Source: an uncultured Pseudomonadales bacterium (lineage in GTDB: Bacteria > Patescibacteriota > Microgenomatia > UBA1400 > UBA12028). From it: a stretch of 39,641 nt of DNA. This document shows, one piece after another, positions 1 through 9,595 of this stretch. The translations under genes were made by a program, and so were the position numbers. Under the pieces are notes generated by a model, which was not told where the DNA came from, made no database searches, and saw only the letters and a program-made list of their open reading frames with translations. Position 1 is the stretch's first letter. Each line of letters starts with the position of its first letter. The DNA is taken from assembly GCA_964364145.1 (NCBI GenBank), contig CAYILC010000002.1:1-39641 (forward strand), written 5' to 3'.

Positions 1-616
1 AAAAGTTTGCGATGCCGCTAATAATTGGTCGGATGAGGTAGTTTACCGGTGATTGACTATTCCCAAAAGGGAAGATGAGAAAAATCAAAATAATAAACCC
101 GTATCGATGGAGAAAGAGATCAAGTTCTCGTCCGGTTTCCGGTGGCAGTATGCCGATGACGATTTTACCACCGTCCAACGGATGAATTGGAATCAAGTTA
201 AAGATCGCAAGAGAAATGTTCATGAATATGGTGAAGATGAGCGTACTGATGAGAAAGCTTGGCATAGCCATACCGATTGTTCTCAAGAGTATTGCGAGCA
301 TTGTAGCTAAGAGGAGGTTACTGACCGGTCCGGCAAGAGCTATGAGCGCGGTATCTCTCTGCGGACGCTTGAGGTTGTATGGATCAAACTCAACGGGTTT
401 ACCCCAGCCAAACCCGGCAATAAATAGAAGGAGGGTGCCTATAGGATCGAGGTGGCGAAGGGGATTGAGCGTGAGACGTCCTTGAAGGCGTGGTGTTGGG
501 TCGCCAAGATGGTCTGCCATCCACGCATGAGAGAACTCGTGAATAGTGAGAGCGACAACAAGTGAAATGATCTGCAACAAGGCAACGAATGGATTGAAAA
601 ATAATGTGGAGAGCAT
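1..616 (-). CDS. Peptidase M50 (site-2 protease family) membrane metalloprotease; C-terminal end lies beyond the window edge
   Basis: Absent from the ORF track because there is no stop codon in the window. My translation from the ATG (complement of 614-616): MLSTLFFNPFVALLQIISLVVALTIHEFSHAWMADHLGDPTPRLQGRLTLNPLRHLDPIGT...FNLIPIHPLDGGKIV. It has the HExxH zinc motif plus the NxxPxxxLDG second motif of M50 proteases. Confidence 0.8.
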   Translation of the reverse strand, partial: MLSTLFFNPFVALLQIISLVVALTIHEFSHAWMADHLGDPTPRLQGRLTLNPLRHLDPIGTLLLFIAGFGWGKPVEFDPYNLKRPQRDTALIALAGPVSNLLLATMLAILLRTIGMAMPSFLISTLIFTIFMNISLAIFNLIPIHPLDGGKIVIGILPPETGRELDLFLHRYGFIILIFLIFPFGNSQSPVNYLIRPIISGIANF

Positions 617-684
617 GGTGGTATTGTAACATCCACAAACTTGAACTCTACCCTGGCAAAATCGCTTGTCACATCCCTAAAGGT

Positions 685-695
685 TGTGGTATCAT
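685..695 (+). promoter_or_regulatory. Extended -10 promoter element TGTGgTATCAT, 8 nt upstream of the rpmB ATG
   Basis: TRTGn + TAnnnT hexamer at 690-695. There is no Shine-Dalgarno sequence between it and the ATG at 704. Confidence 0.45.
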
Positions 696-703
696 CCACC
701 TCT

Positions 704-925
704 ATGGCAGTCTGTGCAATATGTTTTAAATCAGCCGACATCGGACACCTTGTGTCCCACGCAAAAAATCGAGTGCGCCATTTGCGCAAACCGAATTTGC
801 ATAGCGCCTACATCCTGGTAAGTGGCGCGAAGCGAAGAGTGATGTTGTGCACGAAGTGCAAGCGGGAAGTGAGAATGGTCACAGATCCTAAAGGGTCTAA
901 GGGGGTGGCGAAGAAATCGAATTAG
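704..925 (+). CDS. rpmB: 50S ribosomal protein L28
   Basis: An internal ATG of track ORF 641..925 gives MAVCAICFKSADIGHLVSHAKNRVRHLRKPNLHSAYILVSGAKRRVMLCTKC. This shows the L28 signature (..SHA.N..KR...PNL....). Confidence 0.85.
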   Translation: MAVCAICFKSADIGHLVSHAKNRVRHLRKPNLHSAYILVSGAKRRVMLCTKCKREVRMVTDPKGSKGVAKKSN

Positions 926-1088
926 TCTTTACCTTGTTTCAATAGTTCCCTTGTAATTTTTCTATTTACAATCTATAATAATCGAGGAATTGAAATAAAA
1001 ATGAACGGTGTTAAGCTTTATCTTTTATATTCTAATATGGAGGTGTATCCTAAAAAGGTAGAGTGAAAACAGAAAAGGTGAACAATCC

Positions 1089-1862
1089 ATGTCGTCACAC
1101 GAAGACATTTTGCAAGAAGTAGCTGAAGGAATAAATCGAGACCTTGGTCTTGTAAAGGGATTATATCATCGTTTTATTCTCGGAATTCCTCAAGTAAATA
1201 CAGCACTTATTATTGCTGTACAGAACGAAGGGAAACTTCCCGATGCTGATTGGAAGCATGTGAGGAAAATTGTTCGTATGGGATCTGGAGTTGTTGTTCC
1301 AGCAGTTTTACTGACTTTAGGATATCTTACAAATAACCTTGTTATAGGAGTTGGTGGTGCTGTGGCCAGTGAAGCTGTTTTTGGAGCAAGTTTAAATGTT
1401 GGTGGAAAGCGAAAATTTGCCGAGGCAGAACTCTTAAGCATTATAAAAACGCGGTTAAACACCATTGGTAACAAAGAAAAAAAAGATTATTATACTAGAA
1501 CTCTGAAAAAACGGAGAACGGAAACCGCTAAAGACATTGAAAAAATGATCGATACTTTTGTAAACGAAGGTTTTGCTCGTTGTGAAGAGTTGCGTGCACT
1601 TGTAGTAAGATTGGAAGCCCTACGACTTCAGAATTTTGATAACGATACAGAAGCACGGCGGGTTCTTCAACTACTTATGCGAGATGAAATCATTGATGCT
1701 GTCGCAAGGAGCAGACCAATTTCACCGGGAGCAAAATACAAACTTATTTTCCCAAGGAACAATCTGGAACATTCTAGAAAAATGATCGAGGAGATAAATC
1801 AGATGATCAATGATTATTCGTTGCGTGTGTCGAATCTGTCTGCAGTAGGAGTGCAAGATTAA
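1089..1862 (+). CDS. Hypothetical protein with a hydrophobic Gly-rich segment and a C-terminal helical/coiled region
   Basis: 257-aa ORF preceded by AAAGGTG (SD-like) 10 nt upstream. It has a TM-like stretch VVVPAVLLTLGYLTNNLVIGVGGAVASEAVFGA. I recognise no family. Confidence 0.55.
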   Translation: MSSHEDILQEVAEGINRDLGLVKGLYHRFILGIPQVNTALIIAVQNEGKLPDADWKHVRKIVRMGSGVVVPAVLLTLGYLTNNLVIGVGGAVASEAVFGASLNVGGKRKFAEAELLSIIKTRLNTIGNKEKKDYYTRTLKKRRTETAKDIEKMIDTFVNEGFARCEELRALVVRLEALRLQNFDNDTEARRVLQLLMRDEIIDAVARSRPISPGAKYKLIFPRNNLEHSRKMIEEINQMINDYSLRVSNLSAVGVQD

Positions 1863-1867
1863 ACTTC

Positions 1868-2779
1868 TTAATAATCAAACCCTTGTAGAGTTTTTTCACC
1901 CTCTTGTTGTGAAGAAAATACTATGAACACATCTCTTTCAAAAGATGTCGAGATAACTTTTACTCGTTTTTCATTTTTTATCGTCCACACCCCAGGCCAA
2001 GGATATAATGCCCGCACCATGTTATCAAGAAACTGTGGAGTATGCGGAAGCGCGTATTCATACAAAAGGGATACGTTTTCTTCCGGAAATCTGGGGAAGT
2101 CTTTTCCTTCTCGCGCTTTTTGCAATACTACTAACGACACAAACCCGTCGTCTTTGGTGAACTTACGAGTAGTTGGGGTTGGAGAAAGAGCAACTTGTAG
2201 CAAAATCTTCAAAGAGCCTTTAGCAAATGGTTCAAGAATTTTCACTAACAACTTTGCGCCAGCCGTAAAACATCGATCTAGCAATATAGGCGTTGTATCG
2301 CGATCCTCAATACTCACTTTTTCTTGCGCGACAATGCCACCCATATCAAACTTCTCATTCATCTCGATAATACTCACGCCCGTCTCACGATCACCAAACA
2401 AAATCGTAAAGGGAACCGGAGCCGCGCCGCGCCACCTTGGCAAGAGAGAGGGATGAATATTTAGCGCTCCGTATTTTGGGAAGCGCAACAGCCAGGCGGG
2501 AATGAGATATCCAAAATCCGCGACAATTAACACATCAATCGCTGGTAAATCATTGAGCATTGTCTTGTTCTGTAAGCCTTCTTTATCGACATTGATCACA
2601 GGAATTGATCGTTTTTGCGCCCAGCCTTCTACAACACAAGGTGTCAACATCTTTTTCCGACCAACAGGTTTTGGAAACGGGCATAAGACAGTACTAATAG
2701 TATGTCTGGCACGCACTAGTGCTTCGGCAACAAGGACTGTGGTGGAAGGGGTGCCAGCAAGCAAAATATTCATACCCAT
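1868..2779 (-). CDS. fmt: Methionyl-tRNA formyltransferase
   Basis: N-terminal formyltransferase core (ADFGYLIP..., NIHPSLLPRWRGAAP). It lies 5 nt downstream of def, the classic def-fmt pair. Confidence 0.9.
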   Translation of the reverse strand: MGMNILLAGTPSTTVLVAEALVRARHTISTVLCPFPKPVGRKKMLTPCVVEGWAQKRSIPVINVDKEGLQNKTMLNDLPAIDVLIVADFGYLIPAWLLRFPKYGALNIHPSLLPRWRGAAPVPFTILFGDRETGVSIIEMNEKFDMGGIVAQEKVSIEDRDTTPILLDRCFTAGAKLLVKILEPFAKGSLKILLQVALSPTPTTRKFTKDDGFVSLVVLQKAREGKDFPRFPEENVSLLYEYALPHTPQFLDNMVRALYPWPGVWTIKNEKRVKVISTSFERDVFIVFSSQQEGEKTLQGFDY

Positions 2780-2784
2780 CCAAT

Positions 2785-3390
2785 CTATCCTAAAGCCCGA
2801 ATAATATTTCTGTCGATCTCGATCATTTTTCCTTTGCGAGACTCAAAAAATGGCAACTCATATTTCAGTACATAGTCAATAAACAACACACCATCAAGAT
2901 GGTCAAGCTCATGTTGAATCACTCGAGCAAAAAATCCTGCAAATTTCTCGGTTTTTTCTTTGAACTGTGATGTGGTATATCGCAGTGTAATCCAAGAAAA
3001 ACGCGGAACTGGCCCATATAAACCTGGAATGGATAAACAGCCCTCTAAGATAGGATCATCAGAATTGGGACCAAAGGTTCGGTCTTTAGAGTTTTCAATA
3101 ATCTCGGGATTGATGTATGTTGCAAGCTTGGCTTGTATTTTTTCTTTCTCGTCCGGACGACCTTGATCTGAAGTATTGGAAGAATCCGGAAGATATGTCG
3201 AGAAGATGCGCAGATTTTTGCCAATCTGGGGCAAGGATAGCCCAACGCCCTTGGGATGTGCCTTTTTTTCCAGCGTTTCCTCAAGATTAGCGATATGTTT
3301 GTTGATGAGATTAGGGTTTTTAGTAAGATCAACAGCAACGCTTTTTGCCCGGAGGATTGGATTGGGAACGGTGATGATTGATTTGCGCAT
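2785..3390 (-). CDS. def: Peptide deformylase
   Basis: All three PDF motifs are present: GVGLSLPQIG, EGCLSIPG and HELDHLDG. There is an extra acidic/Ser-rich insertion between motifs 1 and 2. Confidence 0.95.
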   Translation of the reverse strand: MRKSIITVPNPILRAKSVAVDLTKNPNLINKHIANLEETLEKKAHPKGVGLSLPQIGKNLRIFSTYLPDSSNTSDQGRPDEKEKIQAKLATYINPEIIENSKDRTFGPNSDDPILEGCLSIPGLYGPVPRFSWITLRYTTSQFKEKTEKFAGFFARVIQHELDHLDGVLFIDYVLKYELPFFESRKGKMIEIDRNIIRALG

Positions 3391-3396
3391 GCGTGT

Positions 3397-3402
3397 AGTT
3401 TA
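3397..3402 (-). promoter_or_regulatory. Possible -10 hexamer TAAACT, 6 nt upstream of the def ATG (minus strand)
   Basis: The reverse complement reads ggTGTAAACTacacgcATG. The spacing matches the other leaderless-type promoters in this window. Confidence 0.3.
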
Positions 3403-3418
3403 CACCGCAAACGAGAAT

Positions 3419-5512
3419 TTAGTTTGGGGTGCTCTCAATCCTTTTCAACTGGTCTCTCGCCCCATCATAGTTTGGCTTCATTTGCAGTGCCTTTTTCATG
3501 AGTGTAATCGCAAGTTCCTTATTTCTTAACCCCTCATTAATGAGTGCTCGATTGTAGGTGAGCTTAGGATCTGTTGGAGCAAGTTCTTGCGCTTTATCGA
3601 GCGTTTTGAGTGATTCTTGAAGCAGTGCAGGAGCAATTCGGGAGAGGGAAATAAAAACTTGCGCTTGAGATCGATAAAAATTGAGATTGACTGGATTGGA
3701 TGCCATCATCAGGGTAGATTCGTTAATGGCAAGTTCGCCTAGCTGCGCTGCCATGGTGGCATCGTTCTGTTGGTATACGGATAATATGAGTTCTGCAGCG
3801 GTTTTTGCAACGGCTTCATGAAAAACGCCTTCGTTGGTTGGTGAAATCTTGACTGCATTCTGCAGTTCTTTCAACCCTTTTATTCCTTGGTTTGCAACGA
3901 GGAGCTGCTTTCCGCGCGCATAGGCAACATCGGCTCGCCACATGTTGATAAACACAATCAGAAGATAGAGTGTTGCGATACCGATACCACAGCACAAGAT
4001 CCATTGCCAAGTCTCGGTCCGCATGTTTGATTGACGACTTTTCTTTTGAAGGTCAAGGTGGAGTTCTTGGTGAACGTTGTTATCGTTCGATACATATAAA
4101 AATGCAGGGAGAAGATAAAACACTATTGAAACGACGACTGTAGAAAAACCAAAAAAGTTTGAGACATGGAGTGCTGTATACGCAGACATCCAAGCGGCAA
4201 TGGTAAGTGGTGATTCGTGGGCATGGCGGAAGGCCCACACATACACCCAGCCAATCATAAGAAGATAAGCAGTGAATCCAACTGTTCCCGTTGTTGCGAG
4301 ATAATTCAAAAACTCGTTGTGCGCTTTGTTGTATAAAAAATCCCATTCAGAAAGAGCGTTGTGTTCCATCGGGCGGTCTTTGTAGTAGCTGTAAGCAAAC
4401 GTTTCAACGCCAGAGCCGAAAACAGGATACCGTTTCCAAACTTGAACTGCACCCCGCCACACCACTTTACGAATATCTCCGGATTCGGAACCGCCTATAT
4501 CGAGTTGAGTTCCTGACTGTGGTGAAGGTGAAGAAGGCACTTGAGCAGGAATAGGTTGTTGAACTTGCGGCGTGGCTGTTTTATTCAACCGACCAATAAT
4601 TGCAGACAGTTTCGGTGTGAATGGCGTGCCAAAGATCACGATAAGCCCAAAACATACAACTGTGCCAATTCCCGCGGAGTAGAGTATTGGTCGCAAAGTA
4701 TGTTCAGTCGTTTTTTTCTTTTTCTGTTGAACACTTTGTTGTGCATCCAAAGAGTGCTGTCGATACAGACCGATAAGCATGTAGGTGACGTACGCCACCA
4801 CCCCCACCGCCAGCCCCACCAATCCGGAACGGGAACCGGTAAATAATAACGTCGAAAAATACATGGCGATAAAGACTACAAATAATACACGTTTCCATAT
4901 TTCCGCTTTACCAAATAGGTCAATAAGACGACTGCCGGCAAGCGGAAGAATCATAATAAGGTATGCCGCAAGCCAATTTGGCTGGCCAAAAGTGCCAAAT
5001 ACGCGGGATTGAACGTCTTGAATCCAACAGCTAACGTCAAAGTTACCGGTGATGAACAAACAACTAAATGAGTGTCCAAAATGTTCCATGAACGCATAAA
5101 ATGCCGAGAGCGTTGCACCAAGAAATACCGTTCCAAGCAAATTTTTTACCTCAATGCGTTTAACATTGTTGACGAACGCGTAATACAGCACGATATATGC
5201 CGAGATCGAAAGAAGTCCGCCATTGAATCGAGAATAATATCCAAAAATCGAGGTCTGCTGATTGATGGAGAAAAGCGTTGAAAGTAGTTGTGAAATATAA
5301 AAAATCGCTATGGGAATATCGAAAGGTGTTTTCTTCCAAAGCATTTTTTTCTCAAGAATCATGCGGATAACCCAAGTCCCTAAGATCAACGAAGTAAAAA
5401 TGTAGGTGAGAATAATTTTATTAAACTCAAAAAGCTCGTCGTTTGCTGCGGTAAAAAACAGCGGGACGAGTAAAAAAATCAGATGGAAAAAAAATACGAC
5501 CGTTTTTCGCAT
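3419..5512 (-). CDS. O-antigen ligase/polymerase-like (Wzy_C-type) polytopic membrane protein with C-terminal TPR repeats
   Basis: 697 aa. There are about 12 hydrophobic segments, a Wzy-like loop (NKAHNEFLNYLATTGTVGF) and TPR-like repeats in the last ~170 aa. Confidence 0.7.
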   Translation of the reverse strand: MRKTVVFFFHLIFLLVPLFFTAANDELFEFNKIILTYIFTSLILGTWVIRMILEKKMLWKKTPFDIPIAIFYISQLLSTLFSINQQTSIFGYYSRFNGGLLSISAYIVLYYAFVNNVKRIEVKNLLGTVFLGATLSAFYAFMEHFGHSFSCLFITGNFDVSCWIQDVQSRVFGTFGQPNWLAAYLIMILPLAGSRLIDLFGKAEIWKRVLFVVFIAMYFSTLLFTGSRSGLVGLAVGVVAYVTYMLIGLYRQHSLDAQQSVQQKKKKTTEHTLRPILYSAGIGTVVCFGLIVIFGTPFTPKLSAIIGRLNKTATPQVQQPIPAQVPSSPSPQSGTQLDIGGSESGDIRKVVWRGAVQVWKRYPVFGSGVETFAYSYYKDRPMEHNALSEWDFLYNKAHNEFLNYLATTGTVGFTAYLLMIGWVYVWAFRHAHESPLTIAAWMSAYTALHVSNFFGFSTVVVSIVFYLLPAFLYVSNDNNVHQELHLDLQKKSRQSNMRTETWQWILCCGIGIATLYLLIVFINMWRADVAYARGKQLLVANQGIKGLKELQNAVKISPTNEGVFHEAVAKTAAELILSVYQQNDATMAAQLGELAINESTLMMASNPVNLNFYRSQAQVFISLSRIAPALLQESLKTLDKAQELAPTDPKLTYNRALINEGLRNKELAITLMKKALQMKPNYDGARDQLKRIESTPN

Positions 5513-5578
5513 CGTGCTAGGATAATAGCATACGTTTGGTAGTCTTCACTATATGACTACAAACGAGTTCAACATTTT

Positions 5579-6676
5579 ATGTTCGATATTGTTCAAAAAA
5601 TTCAGCAAATCTTCATCCACATGTTTGTCCAAGACATTGGCATTGATCTTGGAACCGCGAACACCGTGGTACACGTGCGTGGTGAGGGAATTGTGATTCA
5701 AGAGCCGTCGGTTGTCGCGCGCAATCGAGCAACTGGGGATATTTTGGCAATTGGAGAGCAAGCTAAACGCATGATAGGAAAGACACCACAAGGCATCGAG
5801 GCGATACGTCCGCTTCGCGATGGGGTGATTGCAGATTTTGACGCGGCCGAGGCATTGCTGGCGCACGACATTCAGGTAGTTACCGAGAAATATAGGCGTA
5901 TTCCATATCTTTCTCAACTATTCATGCGTCCGCGCGTGGTGATTGGGATTCCGTCTGGGGTGACCGAGGTGGAGCGGCGAGCTGTGCGAGCCGCTGCACT
6001 CTCTGCTGGTGCGTTTCAGGCTTTTTTGATCGAGGAACCGATGGCCGCCGCCATTGGCGCTGGTTTACATGTCGAGGAGCCTGAAGGTCGCATGATTGTG
6101 GATATTGGTGGTGGAACAACCGAGATCGCGGTTATTTCTTTAGGCGGCATTGTACTCAATACATCATTGCGGATAGCGGGGGATGAGTTCGATGAAGCGG
6201 TGATCTCATTTGCGCGAATGAGATACGGATTGCTGATTGGTGAAGCAACTGCCGAGCAAACAAAAATTGCGATTGGAAGTGCCTCGCCATTTGAAGAGAA
6301 AGTGGATAAACAACACGCATATCAGCACGTGATTCGTGGTCGCGATATAGAGTCTGGTTTGCCAAAATCGGTGAAGGTTAATAGCATGGAACTGCGTGAG
6401 GCGTTAACACCAACGGTGCAACAGATCACCACTGCCATTATAGAAACACTTGAGGAAACACCACCGGAACTTGTTGCTGATATTATGAAAACAGGGATCA
6501 CTTTGGCTGGTGGCAGTTCACAGTTACGCGGCCTAGAACAACGCATCGCCGAGGTTACCACCATGCCCGTCTGGATCGCCAAAGAACCGAGTCTTGCCGT
6601 TGTTCGCGGGTGTGCGGAGTTGTTGGACAAACCAGCATTGTTGAAAAAAGCACAAGTTGGGGGAGGACTGCGTTGA
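5579..6676 (+). CDS. mreB: Rod-shape determining actin homologue MreB
   Basis: GIDLGTANTVV, DIGGGTTEIAV and LAGGSSQLRGL actin-fold motifs. It is followed by mreC and mreD. Confidence 0.95.
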   Translation: MFDIVQKIQQIFIHMFVQDIGIDLGTANTVVHVRGEGIVIQEPSVVARNRATGDILAIGEQAKRMIGKTPQGIEAIRPLRDGVIADFDAAEALLAHDIQVVTEKYRRIPYLSQLFMRPRVVIGIPSGVTEVERRAVRAAALSAGAFQAFLIEEPMAAAIGAGLHVEEPEGRMIVDIGGGTTEIAVISLGGIVLNTSLRIAGDEFDEAVISFARMRYGLLIGEATAEQTKIAIGSASPFEEKVDKQHAYQHVIRGRDIESGLPKSVKVNSMELREALTPTVQQITTAIIETLEETPPELVADIMKTGITLAGGSSQLRGLEQRIAEVTTMPVWIAKEPSLAVVRGCAELLDKPALLKKAQVGGGLR

Positions 6677-7455
6677 AGCCGCTTATAGCTGTGTGTGGTA
6701 TTGCCGTTGTGTGTATCTTGGCCGACCGATTTGGGTTCCTTAAGCAAACGAGGGCATGGATGGAGCGAATGGTGGTGCCGTTTGTGGCGAGCGCTAGTCA
6801 GGCGCGAGCTATGGCTTTAGCTCCTCAACAGTTTTTGATAGATAAGCAAAAGCTTGTAGACAAAGTAGCGGAACTTGAACAAAAACAGGCAGAGCTCATT
6901 GCCGATCAGCAACAAACCAAAACCGATCAAGACGAATTTGCATCTTGGAAGGAAAATCATCAGCTTAGTTCCAAGTTTATTTCAACATCGTTACTATTGG
7001 CGAACCGCGCAGTGCTTCCGATTGGATCAATACAAGGAGTTCAGTCCGGTGCTATGGTTGTTGCGCATGGAGCAATGATTGGTACAGTGATCGATGTTCA
7101 ACCTCAGTTCGCATTTGTAGAATTACTTGAAAGTACGCAGAACAAATTGTCGGTACGTGTACGTGAACTCAACGCCGTTGGGCTACTAGAAAAGGACGGC
7201 TCAACAGTCATCCTCTCGCATATAAATTCACCATTTCCCCTGGAAAAAGGCCAAATTGTTACAACAACAGGTGATGGAGAAGGAATTTTACCGTTTATCC
7301 CTTTGGGCAAGATTCTTCGCATGGTAAACTCACCTTCCGAGCCTTTTCAGCGTGCCGAACTTGAATTTCTTGTTCATCCCACAAATGGTATGGCTGTGAG
7401 TGTATTACAGACAGGATCTACTACACCCACTCAAACAACTGGAGGATTGCAATGA
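6673..7455 (+). CDS. mreC: Rod-shape determining protein MreC
   Basis: I chose the TTG at 6673, which overlaps the mreB stop (TTGA). The protein has an N-terminal TM segment, a coiled coil and a beta-barrel region (GMVVAHGAMIGTVIDV..., GQIVTTTGDGEGILPFIPLGKI). The start codon is uncertain. Confidence 0.7.
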   Translation: MKPLIAVCGIAVVCILADRFGFLKQTRAWMERMVVPFVASASQARAMALAPQQFLIDKQKLVDKVAELEQKQAELIADQQQTKTDQDEFASWKENHQLSSKFISTSLLLANRAVLPIGSIQGVQSGAMVVAHGAMIGTVIDVQPQFAFVELLESTQNKLSVRVRELNAVGLLEKDGSTVILSHINSPFPLEKGQIVTTTGDGEGILPFIPLGKILRMVNSPSEPFQRAELEFLVHPTNGMAVSVLQTGSTTPTQTTGGLQ

Positions 7456-7877
7456 GAATACTTTTTTTCGCTGTAGTTTTTTTATTTGCCATATGGCTAG
7501 AATTGACATTTGGTCTCGGCGGTTTGTTTTTCGCCGTCTCCGTTTTGGCATTTTCATGGAATAGCAGCGAAAACTGGATTCTCGCAGTATGCTTTTTTAT
7601 ATCGGCAGGCGTAGCCGATTTGGTGTTTGGCAGAGTATTCGGTCAAACAGCTTTGGTCATTGGCATTGCACTCATGTTTTGGCGCGGGATACAGAATTTG
7701 TCGCGATGGCGGCTGTTTGCCTACATGGTTTTTGGAACTGCATCAACATTTTTCCTCTCCCTATCATCATCATGGCAACCATCGTGGCCAAAAACATTCA
7801 TCGCCCTTATTGGCATGTGGATTATTGTACGCACCCTACATCTACAGCGAGGTTCACGGGAACTACACGTGCTATGA
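7452..7877 (+). CDS. mreD: Rod-shape determining protein MreD (small polytopic membrane protein)
   Basis: 141-aa hydrophobic protein with an ATGA overlap to mreC. Its position between mreC and mrdA supports the call, which rests mainly on synteny. Confidence 0.6.
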   Translation: MRILFFAVVFLFAIWLELTFGLGGLFFAVSVLAFSWNSSENWILAVCFFISAGVADLVFGRVFGQTALVIGIALMFWRGIQNLSRWRLFAYMVFGTASTFFLSLSSSWQPSWPKTFIALIGMWIIVRTLHLQRGSRELHVL

Positions 7878-9493
7878 GCTCAATGAGATATTTTTCACGA
7901 ACGTACTGGTTAATTTTGGTTATGGTGTGTGTATTCAGCGTGTTTATTATGCGAGCTATTCAGCTCCAGGTGGTTCAAGGGCAACACTTGCGATCCCAAG
8001 CAAATGACAACCGATTTTTTACGCGCTATCTACCATCTTCTCGCGGCGTGTTTCATGATCGCAACAACGTGGTGCTAGTCAAAAATGCACCATTATATAA
8101 AAAAGCTACTGATGCAACGGCATTCTCGCCATATCCCCAGTTTGTGGAAGTTCCAGAGCAAGAGGCGCTTCGATTATTGTCTAAAGATGAACGAAATGTT
8201 GTGATAGATCAACAACGAACCTATCCTTTTGGAGCGGCTTTATCCGCGGTGTTGGGATATGTTGGCGAAGCGACAGCCGACGAGTTAAAACGAGATCTCC
8301 CATATTATTTAGGTGAAAGTGTTGGTCGGGTTGGTTTGGAAAAAACATTTCAGCAGAAACTTGCTGGTCGTGTAGGGAAAGAAATTTTTGAGATGCAAGC
8401 GAGTGGGAAATTATTGCGACTGGTGAATCGCGAGAAACCAATTGCAGGAGTTGATCTTCGTTTAACGATAGACGCCCCGTTTTCTGCATTTGCATATGAA
8501 CAGTTTAATGGTCGTCGCGGAGCTTTTGTTGCTAGTGATCCGCGAACTGGCGAGATCTTTGCCTTGGTAAGCAGTCCTTCTTTTGATCCAGCACATATAG
8601 CCGATGCGCTCAAAGACCCAAACATGCCTATGCTTCAGCGCGCAGTTACCGGTCAGTATCCTCCGGGATCGACATTTAAGTTAATGACTGCCCTAAGTGC
8701 ATTACAAAACGGTGCGATCACCGCAGATACTTCGGTAAACGATGAAGGAACGCTCAAGATTGGCGAGTTCTCTTTTGGGAATTGGTATTTCTCACAGTAT
8801 GGTCGGGTGGAAGGGGAGGTGAAGCTTATTAAAGCGATTCAACGCAGTAACGACATTTATTTTTATAAGGTTGCGGAGTGGGTTGGCCCAGCTAAACTCG
8901 CAGCATTTGCACGACTATTCCATTTTGGTCGTCCATCGGGGATTGAGTTGTCTGGCGAGGCAGGTGGTACCATACCAGACCCTGAATGGAAGGTAAAAAC
9001 GGTAGGTGAGCCCTGGTATTTGGGGGACACTTATCACATGGGGATTGGGCAAGGTGATGTCCTGGTCACCCCATTGCAGTTGAATCAAATGACGGCTGCT
9101 ATCGCATATGGCGGAGTTTGGTGCAAACCCCATCTCTTATTCCAGGACAAAGTTCAGTGTGAGGACCTAGGAGTTTCTCCAGAACATCTTGTATCGGTTA
9201 TTGAAGGAATGAAGGCGGCCTGTTCTCCCGGCGGAACAGCTTTTCCTTTTTTTGATAAAAAACCTGTTGAGGTTGCATGCAAAACAGGTACTTCAGAGTT
9301 TGGACCTAAGGATGAAAAGGAACGCCGCAAAACACACGCCCTCATTACTCTTATGGCGCCTGCAGAGAATCCATCGATCGTTCTCACGGTGTTGTTGGAA
9401 GCAAACGAAGAACACCCTTTCTTAGAGGGTTCGGCCGATGCCGGCCCGATCGCGAAAAAAGTTCTCACGTGGTGGATGGAACAACGCCAATAA
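7874..9493 (+). CDS. mrdA: Penicillin-binding protein 2 (elongasome transpeptidase)
   Basis: The ATG at 7874 overlaps the mreD stop (ATGA). The protein has an N-terminal TM segment and the SxxK (STFK), SxN (SND) and KTG (KTGTSE) motifs. Confidence 0.9.
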   Translation: MSSMRYFSRTYWLILVMVCVFSVFIMRAIQLQVVQGQHLRSQANDNRFFTRYLPSSRGVFHDRNNVVLVKNAPLYKKATDATAFSPYPQFVEVPEQEALRLLSKDERNVVIDQQRTYPFGAALSAVLGYVGEATADELKRDLPYYLGESVGRVGLEKTFQQKLAGRVGKEIFEMQASGKLLRLVNREKPIAGVDLRLTIDAPFSAFAYEQFNGRRGAFVASDPRTGEIFALVSSPSFDPAHIADALKDPNMPMLQRAVTGQYPPGSTFKLMTALSALQNGAITADTSVNDEGTLKIGEFSFGNWYFSQYGRVEGEVKLIKAIQRSNDIYFYKVAEWVGPAKLAAFARLFHFGRPSGIELSGEAGGTIPDPEWKVKTVGEPWYLGDTYHMGIGQGDVLVTPLQLNQMTAAIAYGGVWCKPHLLFQDKVQCEDLGVSPEHLVSVIEGMKAACSPGGTAFPFFDKKPVEVACKTGTSEFGPKDEKERRKTHALITLMAPAENPSIVLTVLLEANEEHPFLEGSADAGPIAKKVLTWWMEQRQ

Positions 9494-9595
9494 CAAAAGA
9501 ACGGGAAGATCGGGACTACCCGTTAAACCACCCATTACCCTTACCACTTTCCTTTTTGTAATCGATCGGTAAGGTTTGCGCTATAGAGTATACGA

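Noticed and set aside
53-638. Track ORFs 53..310, 216..485, 399..638 and 439..789 at the left edge
   Set aside because: The region is fully explained by the minus-strand M50 protease, which runs off the window and was therefore missed by the track. The listed ORFs are shadows of it.
7589-7873. Upstream-extended track starts for mrdA (7589), and likewise topA (10511), mreC (6610), pyrH (18504), frr (27593), rseP (28259), rpsU (35535) and the DHH-like gene (34040)
   Set aside because: The extensions overlap the preceding gene or add non-homologous, odd-composition N-termini. Internal starts coincide with an SD, an ATGA coupling or a -10 element, and with the conserved protein N-termini.
9500-9574. 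Two hairpins after mrdA (AACGGG..CCCGTT at 9500-9524; CCTTACC..GGTAAGG at 9539-9574) as terminators or a structured RNA
   Set aside because: The loops are long (13 and 22 nt) and only a 3-T run follows the second hairpin. That is too weak to call, and the region may simply be spacer sequence upstream of dprA.
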